From NCBI RefSeq assembly GCF_009914755.1, contig NC_060927.1: DNA of 64,000 nucleotides; one strand, given 5' to 3'. Position numbers and translations under genes: made by a program. The DNA comes from the human T2T-CHM13v2.0 reference genome, Homo sapiens. The notes beneath the pieces were generated by a model. The model did no database searches and was not told the DNA's origin. It was given only the letters and a program-made list of their open reading frames with translations. This document shows positions 1 through 13,909 of this stretch, in pieces. How positions within the stretch are numbered: the stretch's first letter is position 1; each line of letters starts with the position of its first letter.

Positions 1-985
1 ATTTAATGATCAGAAGTGTTCCTATGAGGTTGTATGGAATTCATGAATTATTCCATAAACACATTTCAAGAGGAAGTTTCTCTTGGCAAAAGAAAAAAGA
101 AGAAAGCCTTTTGAATCTTCCACAGCATCTCGGACTGAACATCCCTCTGATAATGTAGTCACTTCCCCAGCTAGTTCTCAGTTTGAACACTGATGAAGGA
201 GACTTCTTAGCATTTTTCCAACAAAGACAGCAAGGTCGCCAAATAGATGGCACATTCGGAAATACATTTTACCAATTTTACCGTGAATTGGCTGTCTCTT
301 ATCACAGCATTTCTTCTTGCACACAGAAGACTGCAAGAATGGGCTCTGCCTATCTAAAAACTTCCAGTCTGAGCTGTGAGCTCTGTGGATTCTTGTGGAT
401 GTGATCCCTAAAGTCCTGTCCTGAAAGGACTTAAAGTTGGGTTAATTTCTACCCAAACGCACAACTATGAGCTATATCTACTTTTCCAAATCTAATAATG
501 CAATTTCTAGTCCTATTGTAAAACCAGTTTTGAAAGTATTTAATCCAGTAAAACAATTATTTCTAAATGAAAGGATAACTTAACTTGCTTCCACAACTTT
601 ATTTGTTCCAGTAGGAACAAATGTTCTTCTTAGTTGTTCTTCTTAGTTGTAATATATTTGTATTTTTAACAGTAAATTTCCAAGTTCTACTTATTCAAGA
701 ACTTATTGAAAATAATACCTGCAATATTTTTAAAGTATTTAAAAGTAATAAATTCAGGAAGATGCACCAGATTTTATTTAAATAATCTATGAAAAGTTAC
801 TGGAAAAATTGCCAAAAGAGTGTTGCATATTAAGGACAATAATGAAAATAATGAAATACTCCTTTCTGATCATGATAAACCAAAGAAACCCTTTCTCTAT
901 AATCTAATCTCTATAATGCTTTGGATTTGATCTTATATGAATGTAGAAAGAAGAAGTACATGATTTCACAAAGCACATATGTATC

Positions 986-1423
986 TTGTTCTCAGAACTG
1001 CAGGGAGCTTCAATAATTGTTCTGATTTTCACTAAATTGAAAGTTCCAGCCACCTCTATATGTCTTTCTCAAAATGTTGCAAAGATATCTTTATATTTGA
1101 ATCTCTAATCTTTAAATATGTATTTATATAGTATATATATTTTTAAAATATATAGTAAAATCTTGAACGTTTTATATATTACAAAAATTTATATAAAACA
1201 TATATTATTATAAAATGTTGTAAGCTATATAGTGAAAGCATTATATATAAATGTATATATTAAAGGTTTAGAGATTTCTATATATATGTGATAGTATAAG
1301 ATAAATATATACATATTAAATATATAAATATATTTAAATCTCTAAATGTTTAGGAGTTCTCAATTTAGTGAAAACTAGAATGACTGTAGTTGATATTAAA
1401 GTTCTCTGCATTTTTGGGAACAA
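986..1423. repeat. Imperfect nested inverted repeat around an (AT)-rich core
   Basis: 986-1047 is an imperfect reverse complement of 1353-1423 (exact core ttttcactaaattg / caatttagtgaaaa). 1100-1130 pairs with 1244-1276. Confidence 0.8.
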
Positions 1424-1745
1424 TAATGTCATTGTTAGTGATAGGTCAGTGCACTATCTGCAGCTATTCATAGTGTAATGACAAACAATAATGACCACCA
1501 TGTCAGTGATTTAAAATATTCTAAGTAAATTCTAAAGTTGTGGCAAGTTCTTTGATGTTAATATTTGATATAAATGAAGGGTTTATCAATAATGGAATCT
1601 GTTTATAATTTTTATCATATGCTTTTTAACTTAAACTTAATTTTTATCTTAAAATTTTTTTAAAAAACAACATTTAGACCTTGCTCTTTTTTTACCGCTG
1701 AAGATCAAACTTCGGTTTCTTCATCTAGGCAACAGGGGTGCATGT

Positions 1746-2229
1746 GTGAGGGGAGAAAATGTATTTTTTTCTCAACTCTCATAAGTTTGTAGTTGGGATA
1801 GACTGCTTCAACAAAACACAGATTAACAAGAGGAAGAGCAAACAGGTTTATTAATGAGTGTAGTGTATGTCAAAATGAGAGAGGGGTAACTCAAAGCAGT
1901 GGTTTACAAGTCTGGTTTACATATTATCTTCAACAAAGAACATCAATTTTAGAAAAGTGACAAGACAAAGTAGTCGTAGGCTTCAAAGACAGGAGAATAG
2001 GAAAGAGTCGTTTGCTCCTCCGGTGCCATCTCTGAGCTGATGAAGGTTGCAAGGGAGAAATTACAGCCTGTCTTCAGGTGGGAAGGTAGGAAGGAGGGTA
2101 GAAAGGCCTTTTGTATTTGTAAATTTCTGTCCTGACTTCAGCAAACACAAAGGAAAAGCAGCAAGTTCCCCTGCATCTTGTCTTCCCCAGCTTAACAATC
2201 CCGCATACATTAGGGTATGGTTTCCTTCA
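1746..2229 (-). mobile_element. ERV1-class solo LTR, MER34/MER39-like
   Basis: Motif aacaaaacacagattaacaagagg...tttattaat and terminal ...ccttca resemble reverse-strand MER34/39 LTRs; recognised by eye. Confidence 0.5.
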
Positions 2230-2609
2230 TAAGGTTTTCAGGTTAAACAATAGAACAAAGACAGGTGTGAGCAAGGATATTCTATTTAACTTATATCTAC
2301 CTCGAACTAGAGGTTAGGGGTGGCTCCTGGGTCCTGTGAAAAACTGTGTTAATTGTGTTAATATTCAGAATTGGGAGGGATTGGACATAGAGAGAATATT
2401 TGAAGTGGAAAATGATGAATAGAAGATATAACTTGAACAAACTTAGAGTTCAAAGTTCAGTAAACAGAAAATAAAGTGATTCTTCTGCTCAAAATATACT
2501 GTGTGATGTCCCCAGTGTCTCCATTGTGCACACTTGGCATTTTGTCATGAGCAATATTTGATGCCGATGAGAGACTATAACCTTCCCCTTCCTGCACGTG
2601 TACAGCCTT

Positions 2610-2745
2610 CGTTTATTCCCTCATCAACAAATTTGTCACGGCTGCCTACTAGGTTCAAGTAACTGTACTAAGTTCTGAGGATACAGCTGTTAATAAAAGT
2701 GACAGGGTCATGCTTTTATGGAGATTGAAATCTAGAGGTATAAGT
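2610..2745 (-). mobile_element. L2 3' fragment
   Basis: tcatcaacaaattt...gcctactagg...actgtactaagttctgaggatacagc resembles the reverse L2 3' end. Confidence 0.55.
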
Positions 2746-3419
2746 AGATATTAAATTAATCCCGTGTCAGCATAAGCAGAAGTAGTTGGGCTAAAGGGAG
2801 AGAGAGGTGGGAGGTATGGGGAGTGGGCCAGATGTGAAGGCTCAGCATATGCAGGGATGCAAGAGACAGCCCGAGAATTCTGGGGTATAGTTGAGTGCTC
2901 GAGTATAGGAGGGGACTGGTGAAGTGGCCAGAGACCAATGAGGATGTCACATATAGACTGAGTTCAGAAGTTTGAATTATTCCCTGAGCCCTCCAGAGAG
3001 CCAGTCAAGAGTGAATTGGAGTTTTTATTAATCTACTGTATATATTTAAAGAAGACAGTAAACTGTTATATTAACATAAAATTGGGGTTTTGCCAGGCAA
3101 ATGGAACATTAAAGCTATGGAACAAGATAACTGAAGATATAGACAAGCAACTTATGGACCACGACATCTAAGCAGGGTAGAGAAAATAAAGAAGATACAA
3201 AGGGTTGATAGACATGGAGGAAGAGGTTCAGTCTGTGAACTGAATAAGTGAGGAAGACACAACCAAGATTATGGCAGGATCCGACATTTGAACCTCAGAT
3301 TTCAAAGGCAGAGCCATTTCAAAAGCCAGAGAGGTCAGTGGCCAAAGAGAGATGGAGACAATAATATCACTGGAGGAGGTTATAAGAATGAAGTGAGTTC
3401 AGCTATGGAAAATGTTAGG

Positions 3420-3545
3420 TGACATTTATTGAGGATTTACTATGTGCCTTGTGCAAATCTCAAAATGTATTGAGTCATTAAGTTCTTATAACAGCCCTGT
3501 GAGATAGGGCCTGTTAATTATCATTTTAAGGAAGAAGAAATTCTA
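3420..3545 (-). mobile_element. MIR fragment
   Basis: acatttattgagg...tactatgtgcc...aacagccctgtgagatagg...cattttaagga matches the reverse MIR core. Confidence 0.6.
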
Positions 3546-6500
3546 AATATTTCATTTGAAAACTGGATGACATGATACTCAATGAAGCTGAATTTTGTTT
3601 TGGTTTGCTGTATTTTATATGCACGGCAGAAAATAAATATCTCATTCAAGTAATATTTATTGAGTAATTGCTCTATGTCAGACACGGAGTAATTGCTTGG
3701 AATGGTTGGAGGCGTGGTCTTCATTTTCCTTCTTCCTCCGCCTTTACTCCAGAGGGCAAACCCTCAGTAAAGACCCAGATTTGCATTAAGGCATGAAGAA
3801 GAAATATCTGAGAAAGACAGATAAGAAGGACACTTCACAAATCAGGAAACAGGTAGTTTAGCAAGCACAGTGAAAAATCCTCATGGAGATGACCACAAAA
3901 ATTTTGTGAGGGGTTATTTTAGAGGAGATGAAACTCATTTCAGAGGAAATGAAATACAAGAGAATGAGATGACAGGAGAAGATGGAAACTTGGGCGATGA
4001 ACAAAAACAACGAGCTGGGAACTTTACAGCTGGCCACAAATTTGCCAAGAAAATTAATCCCTGGAGCCTCCCATGTCTACCATGGGAATGTAAGATGGGA
4101 GAGACGGGCACTCAGAAGACAGCCACAGGCTACACTGGTTAAAACTTGAAAGGAGTTCTGGTTTAGGGTGAGCAGGATGCTTTGATGTCTGAAAGAGCCC
4201 AGCTGAAGTTTGGTTTCATTGCCCACACTCCAGAGAGAGGCTCTAGCTCCAAGGTGGTCAGTACCCAAATTCCTTGGCATCGGTTCAAGTCCTAGTCTTT
4301 TGGGCCTAGTTACCTTATGAGCTGAAATCTGCACTTCATTAAATCAACTATTGTCCTGTTGCGGTGAACATCTTTTTTGTTTGTATGTCTTCGCTTAGTT
4401 TTTTAGCTGGAAAATGCCTTGCTCTCTCAGCTGTGCTAAAGGAAGATTAGCATAGGGGTTTGCGTTTTTCAGTCAGGCCGAAGAGAGAGCCAGTGGTCAC
4501 TGGAGGATGAAGGTAAGCAATGGTAGAATATGGGAAGTCAAGAGAGGCTAAAATATTGTTTGGTTTGGCTAATTAAGACAAGATAAGGATGCCATCATAT
4601 TTCAAGTTTCATTTTGGTTTTCTGTAGAGGCTTTCAGAACAGAACAGCAAGTACACTTGAATGATAACCTTGCTTCTTACTATTTCCCTGCAAGTGTAAC
4701 CTCCCAGGATTTTTTCTTTCTTTCATTTTACAATGAATGCTGTGAAAATTTTTATTTTCTTAAAAGGGTATCCGTCTCTCATACTTCTCTAAGGTGCCCT
4801 GCCCAGAAGTTGCTTGCAACCTCATCCCTAAGAGAACTGGCAAATATTCACCTCACCCAAACTGTGAACATTAGCCTGCATTATAATTATAGATAAAAAG
4901 AAAAGTGTGACCTGTGGTTGTCTAAAGATTAAAAACATAGACTCAGTCTGTACCAACAAAATAATGGCTTATTGTGTTCGTTTTGGGGTCTTAGACCTCA
5001 AAGGTGATTTAAGTAAGAGCTTGCCTTTAGAATACACCTTAAATATTGAAGATTAAGAAAGCATCATATGGAATTAGATTGCCGAGAAGTGCTTATGTGA
5101 TTCTTAATAGGAGTTTCAAGTGTTGCCTGTGCAAAGATATTACTTGAAAAATTGTGAATGGAGAGAGCATTTTAGAAAAATTGAGCAACTTTTCCTATTT
5201 TCAGCTCTCAAAATTGAAAGAGGTAAAAGATTTAAGTTTCTGCAGGAAAGTTTATATTTCATAGAAGCGTGCCTTGAATAAATTTGTGAGTTACTAAAAT
5301 GCATGTTTTAATGTAATTGAATAACACTGTCACTAAGTTCTAGATGGATGTATCTCCATGTCCATAACATGGTACAGTGGAACTGATTAGTTAGTTTGTA
5401 TGTATAAAAAATCAGTACAGGGTTCCATAAGATGAATAAGTGATTTTCTCCTAAAAATTCTTCTGTTGAAAGTAAGACATTACACTATGTGACATTTTCA
5501 TAGAAAGCTCCATAGTGAAATTTTCTTGAATTATGGAACTATGGAATGCCTATAATTATAGACCTTTACTTTCTGAAAGAGTCTGAAAGGTATAGGTTGA
5601 CCTTCGGCTATTTGAATTGAGTGGAAGTGTTTCAAAAATTGAAAACAAACCTTTCAAGTCTCCTTAAAGGGAAAGAAACATTTACTCATATAGACATTAA
5701 ATGTTTCCTGGTTCAATTCATAGTTTTTACTATTGGCCAACTTAACGATTAATACAGCAGATGCATAATAAAATTTTAAGTGCTAATTCAAAACACTTGT
5801 TCTAGAATTGGAGCCAGAAATCTTATAATAAGAAGTAGTAGGTGATTTCAAAAACTAAACATGTTGAGAAAATACATTTCCTTCCAAGAAAAACAAAGGT
5901 GCTTTTGAGATGAGAATGGCCAGTCAGGAAGTTTTATAGAGTCCTTACATAATTCAAACAAGGTGATGAGATACACAGGCTTGAACTGAGCATGATAAAA
6001 TTCCAGTTGGTAATAAAAATTTTAATTTATATTTCTTAATTTTTTCCTCCTCCTAAATTCTGTGTTCATTGTGGAAGGCTTGGGAGTCCCTAAATTGTCT
6101 GAATTATATTCTTAAAAGCTAGAAAATCATGAGAAGTTCCTACCCTTGAGGCTTAATGTGCATCAGGAATTGCAAAGTATGAGTAATGAATGAAATGTGG
6201 TTATAAAATTTTGCCAGTTTTCAATTCCTGTTTGATATTTTAAAAATAAATTTAGCCATATAGGAAATCTTTCCACTAGGTAGGAAAGCAGGTATGTTTA
6301 TGAGGAAAAAATAACATAGATTCTTTTATTTAAATTTGGAAATGATTTTAGAGTGTAGTACTTTTTTTCTTAAAACATACTTAATATTTCTCTTTTGAAG
6401 TGCTTTTAAGATTATTCATCAAATATAAGATCACACACAAACAGAATGTTGCATGCAAACTGTGGGTTTTAAGTATTAAAATAAATTTACTTTGTTTTGT

Positions 6501-9500
6501 TTGTTATTCAGCTGAACAGATGGTAATGATTTTGACACAATTCAGTTTTCGTTTTCTTTTTTTCTTCCTTGAGAAAAAAACCCTGCAAAAACACAGAGCT
6601 TCTTTTCCACTTTGTCACAGCTGGTTACCAATCAATCTCAATTCACGGTACAGTGATGATAGCACACGTTGTCCAGGGGCCAAATCTGATTGGGTTGCAT
6701 TTTTCAGCAGTGTTTCATATCAGAAAAAATAAGGTATCTCTATGGTGGGGACTGTCGGCACACGATTGTACAACTCTCATTAATCAAACTTGGCAACAAT
6801 GACTGCATTTATTTAAGTCAAAGACTAGCAGATTTCAAAATGAAAATCACCAAATTTCTGTTTGAATTTCCTCATCAGTAATGTTTTTTCATCTGTTTCT
6901 TTTTTTCTTGGTTTTAATTACAGCCAATGATACCTTCTACATTGACACTGATCATTACATATGATCAACCTCCTGTGTTGATCATATATAATATAATATT
7001 ATACCATGTTACAAAGTAGCTGTTTCATACCAAAATAAACTCCACTTATTGAAAATTTATTCTAGACTTCTTAAAGAATGCTAAATGCAATTAAAAGCAA
7101 AATATAAATACCTTTGATTGTTTAATAGGAGAATAATTTTAAAGGAAATATACATCAGGAAAAACATTTATGAACCTCCCAGGGTTACATTTGGTGTTAG
7201 AGGAATATTGAGAAAAAATATTGATAAAGTTAGTTTCTGGAGGTTTTGAAACTGAACACAAAGTCGGCAGTACATAAATACCTACTTGCCCAATGCAAAT
7301 GCACACAGAGCAATAAACACACACATCCAATAGAAAATGCATGCTGCTGTTTGTTAGAAAAATAAATGTACTTATAAAGAGTTCCAGTCACTTCATAACT
7401 TGAGAGAACAATGTCAGCATTTTCTGTAAAATTGTGTTTGGAAACAGACATTTTCTCTAAGTTATTTACTGCTGTGCAATTATATGTAAAGCCCTGTTGT
7501 ACACTATAAAGATGTCTTTAAATGTAAGGAAATATTATTTATAACTTATTGTATCACTCTGTCAATATTTGCTTTGAAGGGAGAAATGCATATTTTCCCA
7601 ATTTTCCAATGTAATGGTTACAATGACATTAATATTAAACATGGACCAATGTATCTTGAAAGAAATCTAAGAAATAAGGCCACATCTGTTAGACCTGGGA
7701 AAATACTTGAAACCTATTAGTTTTAGGGAGCAAATTATTGTCTTAGGGAAACCATGACCCATGAGGGAAAGCAGAGACTGGTAGTAGATAGTCACAAGAG
7801 TTTTTTCCCCAACTATAACTGCCTCCATATGTGGTTTTGGGAAAGAAACTTTGTCATGTTTTGCTTCAGATTGCCTACATGTGAAATTAGTAATGAGCCA
7901 ACTATTTACATTCTAGATTTTGAAGTTACTTAGACATAATTTCTTTAAAAATAGTCTTTATATTTCTTAAGCTTTTGCAGATAGGAGTTAATCTGATCAC
8001 AATTACAGGCCTATCCTTTCTCTGACCTGAGACACTTAAGGTAAATATTCATAAAGGTATCATAATTTGATTGAGTCTTCCGGGATTTTTGCAGGTGCTT
8101 AGCGACTGCCATAGTGGGTCGGTGATGTTGGGAGGAACAGTAGTGTCTGCATGGTGTACAATTGTATTAGGTTTGTTGAGTCAGCAGAGTGAGGAAGCCG
8201 AAAGAGCTTGTACTTTGGAGTAAGACATCTTGATTTGAAAATTCAAATCTGTATGTTAAAAATGTCCACGTTTTAAATTATGTCAATTGTTTAAATAATT
8301 TTAAAATATTACTAGGCCAACACGCACACACACAACTACAAATTTATACAATCTAAGATAAACTTCAGTACCCAGACCATGAGACCTGAATTCTAGTAAC
8401 AACAGCCATTAAAAGCTTAACTGTGATGTTAACCATTTATTCTTTGAACCCATTAGGAAAAAATTCTGAGAAGCAGCTACTCTTTTGGTAGTATATCCCC
8501 TGCTTACTTTAATTTCCTTATATGGATTCATACATCAGGATTTTTAAAAATTGAATGCCTATATTGTCCCTTGGTAAAAAGCTGGGTAAAAATCTTTGTA
8601 ATATAGTTGATGAAAATTGCGCCAGAAGACTTAGATTCCAATACGGTCTAAACCTTTGCTACCGATGAATTCCAGGGCACTGGATAACAAAGAACTATTT
8701 TTCTAATATTAAAATTAGGACATTAGACTAGGCTCAATAATTTTGAAATTCTTTACTATGTCTCAGAATATATGATCTGTTGGTGTCTTGAAATAACCAA
8801 TTTTCATGTATTTTCTTATTATTGCATAATAAAAGAGTATTTTTATCTATTATCGTAGAGGTACTTTATTTAGGCTCCATATGTTCTCTTTTAATATGAA
8901 TAATATTGGATTAGCTGAATATTTTCATGTTCACTCATTCATATCTTCATGGTTTTCTAGACTTTAATGAAGTTCTTTGAAATTGTTATTTTTACACATG
9001 CTATAATTCCTTTGTTAAGAAACGAGGAATAAAATTGAAAATAATATCCCAATTTGTGCTATGCCAGATTTTATAAACATCTAAGAACAGCTATATGGTT
9101 TGCTTTCAGGTTGAATTTTGTATATGTACATTTTCTAATTTTTAAAATGGGGGAAATAATAGCTTCCCACTTTACCTACCAGAATTGTTAAAAGTATAAA
9201 TGAAAGAGTATATTTGAGAATACTAGGCAAATATATTTTTATTGTCATATTTTATTTTCATAAGACATGTGACTTGAAAGCTCCCTGCCAAAATAATGAG
9301 CTTATATATTTGAAAGCATGGAACAAAACACAAAGCTTACATTGTTTTCTCTCAGTCTTCACATTTGTTTTATACATTCTGCTAAAATTATTTCATTTAT
9401 TTTGGCGGAGAGAGAGAAATTATTTATTTGTTCATGTTACTAATTTACAGAGGGTAATTTATTAATGATAATATGTAAACCATATGTGTAGATTGCCACT

Positions 9501-9774
9501 CAAATTGCCAAGTTATCTCCATATAGCTAGTAGCATTAACGAATTAAATATTCCAAGTTCTTACATTTTCAGTATCATATCAATATGAATTTAAGTTACA
9601 TTTCAGAGCTAATTGCTGGTATATAAACACAACATTACTATGCTTCTTGATACAATATCTTGTTATATTTCAAATTAGTTAATCTCTCAGTACTGCATAT
9701 AATTGTTGCACTGGTAACCATGCTATAAAGAAGTAGAGGAGAATTTCAAGCATTTGCTGATGCATCATGATATT

Positions 9775-10380
9775 TTCAATAAGCATTCATTGAACGCCTC
9801 CAATATCTCAGGCACTGTTTGGTTAGACTTGGGCTATACAGTTTAAAGCAAGAGAGAACCAGTCCTCATTCCCATGGAACATACATGCTCTTGGAAATAA
9901 AGAAGACAAGAAATAAGGAAACAAAAGATGTGGTAAAGATATGTGCTTTGAAGAAAATAAAACGTATTAAAAAGTGACAAAAGAAAGATGAAAGCAAAGA
10001 CTAAAAAGAAAGTAATTTTTTAAAAGTAACTGGATTGGTGGATAGCAACTAGAATTCTTAGGCAGGAAAGACATGTATAAGGGAATGATATTTGGGTCAT
10101 CCTGAAATTCAAAAAGGGTCAGCCATGGAAAACACAAGGGAAGAACATTCCAAGAATTTGCAAAAGTACTACAAAGACACAGAACTGGCTTCTTACATTG
10201 AACAAGTAGAAGAGAAGCCATGTGACTGGAAAATAGTGAACATGAAGTTTGAGAGGGAGGCAAGGACCAGATTATCTAAAACTTTAAACACCGTAAATAA
10301 ATAGGTTTTATTCTGAGTGACCAAATGAGAAGCCATTGGATAGTTTCGAAGAGTTCAGTGACATAATCAGATTTATGTTT
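9775..10380 (-). mobile_element. L2 fragment
   Basis: ttcaataagcattcattgaacgcc...caggcactgtt...; gaagccattgga...gtgacataatcagattt are typical of L2. Confidence 0.6.
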
Positions 10381-10449
10381 ATCAATCAGTAAATCTGTAC
10401 TGAAGCTCTTAATTCCCTTTGAAACCCTTACATAAAATAACTGCTGTTA

Positions 10450-10821
10450 CAGTCGTCCCTTCTGATTTGCAGTTTTGTACTTTCTCTTTGTGGCTTCAGT
10501 TACCCTTGGTCAACTGTGGTTCAAAAATATTAAATGAAAATGTCCAGAAATAAACAATTCATCAGATGTAAATGGCACAGCATTCTGAGTAACATGATGA
10601 AAGCTTTCACTGGCCAGCTTCATTCCACCAAGACACGAATCACACCTTTGTCCAGCATATCCACGCTATGCACACTACCTTCCAGTGAGTCACTTAGTAG
10701 AACTTCTCGGTTATCAGATTGACTGTCTCGTGTAGTGTATTTGTAGTTCAGTGCCATCTGTGGCTTCAGGCATCTACTAAGAGTCTTGGAACATTTTCCC
10801 TCTGAATAAAGGGGATTATTG
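10450..10821. mobile_element. MER44-type MITE (TcMar-Tigger)
   Basis: TA-flanked; degenerate TIRs cagtcgtccctt / aaggggattattg; internal cagttacc...ggtcaac...aaaatattaaatg...ccagaaataaacaattcat. Confidence 0.8.
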
Positions 10822-12193
10822 TACAGTATATGGTTGCTGTTATTAGGAATAGTTGACCTGAAGATGAGATAATTCATAAGAAACCCAAAATTGAAAAAGC
10901 TGTCTTGTAGGAGAGAGAGTATACTTTTCTGTTTGGCACAAGGAGTAGTACTATCAGTAGTAACTTTGGGAAGAAAAGTTATCATATGTTATCATATATA
11001 GAAGATCTTCTAATAGAGATGTTCAAAGATAGAATAGACCCCTTGTCACAGGAGCAAGTGGGAGGACTGATTGGTTGCATGCTGCAGACAGGATTCAAGT
11101 GTTGATGGACAGTTGCAGAAGGTGAACTTTTAAAGATTTCATTTAGCCTAACGAGTCAATCACTTTATATATATTCAAAGTATTCTGATATAAATACATC
11201 ACATAAACTGCTGATAATACTTGCAGACTTTCCTCAGGCAAAGATTCAGCGAGAAATGAGAATTTAAAAGATTGTGAGCATTTCAATAACTAAGTACTCA
11301 AAGTCTGTTTGTTTTTAAATTACAACATCCCAATGTGATGGGACATAACAAGACATGTATTGTAGCATTTACTTCTAGTTGGAGAAAGACAAGGCATGGC
11401 CCTGGGAAATGTGTGTTAGCTGGAGAGAGCCAAGGAGGTAGCTCTGATCTACCCTAATGTGGAGACATCATTTCACTAGGCTCTGAATCCTATCAAGTTG
11501 TGTATCCCCAAATTTTGGTGCAATGCGTAGATATGTCATCAGCATTTCTTGAATAAAATAATGAAATGTTTATTATAATCTTTTCCAACTTCAGTGATCC
11601 TCAAGGAGAAATTAAAAGATGACAATGATAATGAGCATCTACTAATTCCTAGGAACTATGCTGGGCACTGTTATAGGCTAGACCGTTAAAAATTATTACC
11701 CAAAACTTCTTTTTACTCCAAAGCATACCTATCTCATTGGGAATGGATTTAGTTACTTTCCGTACTTACATGTTTTCTAACAAACCTGGCCCATGTCACC
11801 AGACTATTGGCCTTGGCCATAGTTTTACAATCTGTATCTGAAAACCTGTTCTATAGGTAGAAAAAAAATAGATTTGCTGTTTTATTTTAATGGCACAGTC
11901 TCTTTGAAAGGTAGTCTCTTTTATTAATTGTTAAGATTAATTCATTTTATTCTTCCCAAGTAATATTTAATTTTAACTTTTCACAAGGAAGGTAATATGC
12001 AATCATAGAATGCACAATTACTTTTATCCCTGATCAACGTACCATTAATTAAAAAACAAACAAACAAAATCTTATTCCTATTCTTGTTTCCACCTTCCTT
12101 TAAAATGATAAAAAAATCTCAGGAAGTCAGATTTCAGACTTAGTTTGGGTTCAAATATTATGTATTTAGTAATTTTTAAATAAAAACTTTTAA

Positions 12194-12877
12194 TTTTTTT
12201 TAAATTTCAACCTTTATTTTAGATTTGGAGGTACATGTAAAGGTTTGTGACATGGGTATATAGTGTGACAGTGAGGTTTGGGGTACAAATTGTGCCATCA
12301 CCCAGAAAGTGAGCATACTACCCAACAGATAGTTTTTCAGCCCTTAACCCCCTCCTTCTCTCTTTCCTCTAGTAGTCCACAGTGTCTATTGTTTCCATCT
12401 TTACATCCATGTGTACCCAATTTTCACCTTCCACTTATAAGTGAGAACATGATTTCCTTCTTTTTTATGGCTGTGTAGTATTCCATGGTATATATGCATC
12501 ACATTTTCTTTATTCAATCCACTGTTGATGGGCACCTAGGTTGATTCCATGTCTTTGCTATTATGAATAGTGCTGCAATAAATATATAAATGCTTGTGGG
12601 GTTTTTTGGTAAAACGATTTATTTTCTTTTGGGTATATACACGGTAATTGGATTGCTGGGTCAAATGGTAGTTCTGTTTTAAGTTCTTTGAGAAATCTCC
12701 AAACTGCTTTCCCCAATGTCTGAACTAATTTATGTTCTCACCAGCAGTGTGTAAGCATTCTCTTTTTTCCACAGCATCATCAGCGTGTGTTATTTTTTGA
12801 CTTTTTAATAGTAACCATTCTGACTGGTGTGAGATGGTATCTCATTGTGGTTTTGATTTGCAGTTCTCTGATGATTT
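12194..12877 (-). mobile_element. L1 3' end (old L1PA, ~L1PA15/16-like), 5'-truncated
   Basis: Poly-T followed by the reverse L1 3'UTR (gtacatg..aggtttgt; ccacttataagtgagaacatg) and ORF2 end (gactggtgtgagatggtatctcattgtggttttgatttgc). Confidence 0.88.
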
Positions 12878-13134
12878 GAATAAACAGGTTTTTTTCTTTT
12901 AACTAAAGCAGGAGATCACTTTTACATTTTATTTAGCTTCCGTGTTGTCTTCTGTGTAATGAATGTCTCTAATGTGAAGTAAAATTTTGTCATATGCTAT
13001 AACTAAATATTTGCTGAATATGAAATTATTTTTGTCCAAATTATGTACTTATGTGTCTTACTGTTTTAAGTTAGCATTTAAAAATTAAACTATTTTCTTG
13101 CAGAGAAGAAGTACACATAGAATGAGAAAAGTGA

Positions 13135-13300
13135 CACATTCAGAGTCAGGGTTTTAATTCTGGTTTTTCTATTTATTGATAACATGACTTTGAACAGGTC
13201 ATTTTATTTGCCTAAGTGTCAGTTTTCTCATCTATAAAATAACAATTTCTAATTCCAAATAAGGTTTTGCAGATACTATGAACAATGTGTGCAATAATTT
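13135..13300 (+). mobile_element. MIR fragment
   Basis: tgactttgaacaggtca...tcagttttctcatctataaaat, MIR core. Confidence 0.55.
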
Positions 13301-13909
13301 TTTTTAACTGGAGGTAACATACAATTTTTTTCTCAATGACCAATCGAAATAATATACAATATAGGTATCTTTTATTAACTTGGAATCATGGCTTCACATA
13401 TATATTGATCCAGAAAAGACTTTTTAGACCATTAACTTTATCTCCCCTCTTGTAGCTCTTGAAAAAACTCAGCTATAGGGCAATGTAGAGACTTCTGAAA
13501 GTCAGACAACAAGAATAAATAGCTAAACAGTGGTCAAGAATTCAATGTTTTTAGATGAATTGGAAATGGCTGCAAAATACAGTATTTAAATGTTTCTATC
13601 TTACAGCTAAGCATGTCATGCAGTTCATAGGCTAACTGTAGAAAAGATTATTTTTATTAGACATCAAATACATCACCAGTAACTTTTCTGAGGCCATTAT
13701 CAAAATAATTGTTTTTCTCACATTTTTACTGGCAAAGTTAAACAGAAAGTGTTTATCTGCATGCATTTTAGCCTAGTACTTGCTCTAAACTATACTCAGG
13801 TAAAGTAATTTGAAATATTGAAGCCATTCACAGTTGGCCTTTATATCAGTAGGAAACAAGATATGTATCATGTATTCACCACTAGTGTTTCTTGAGCTCC
13901 TAGTAGTGG

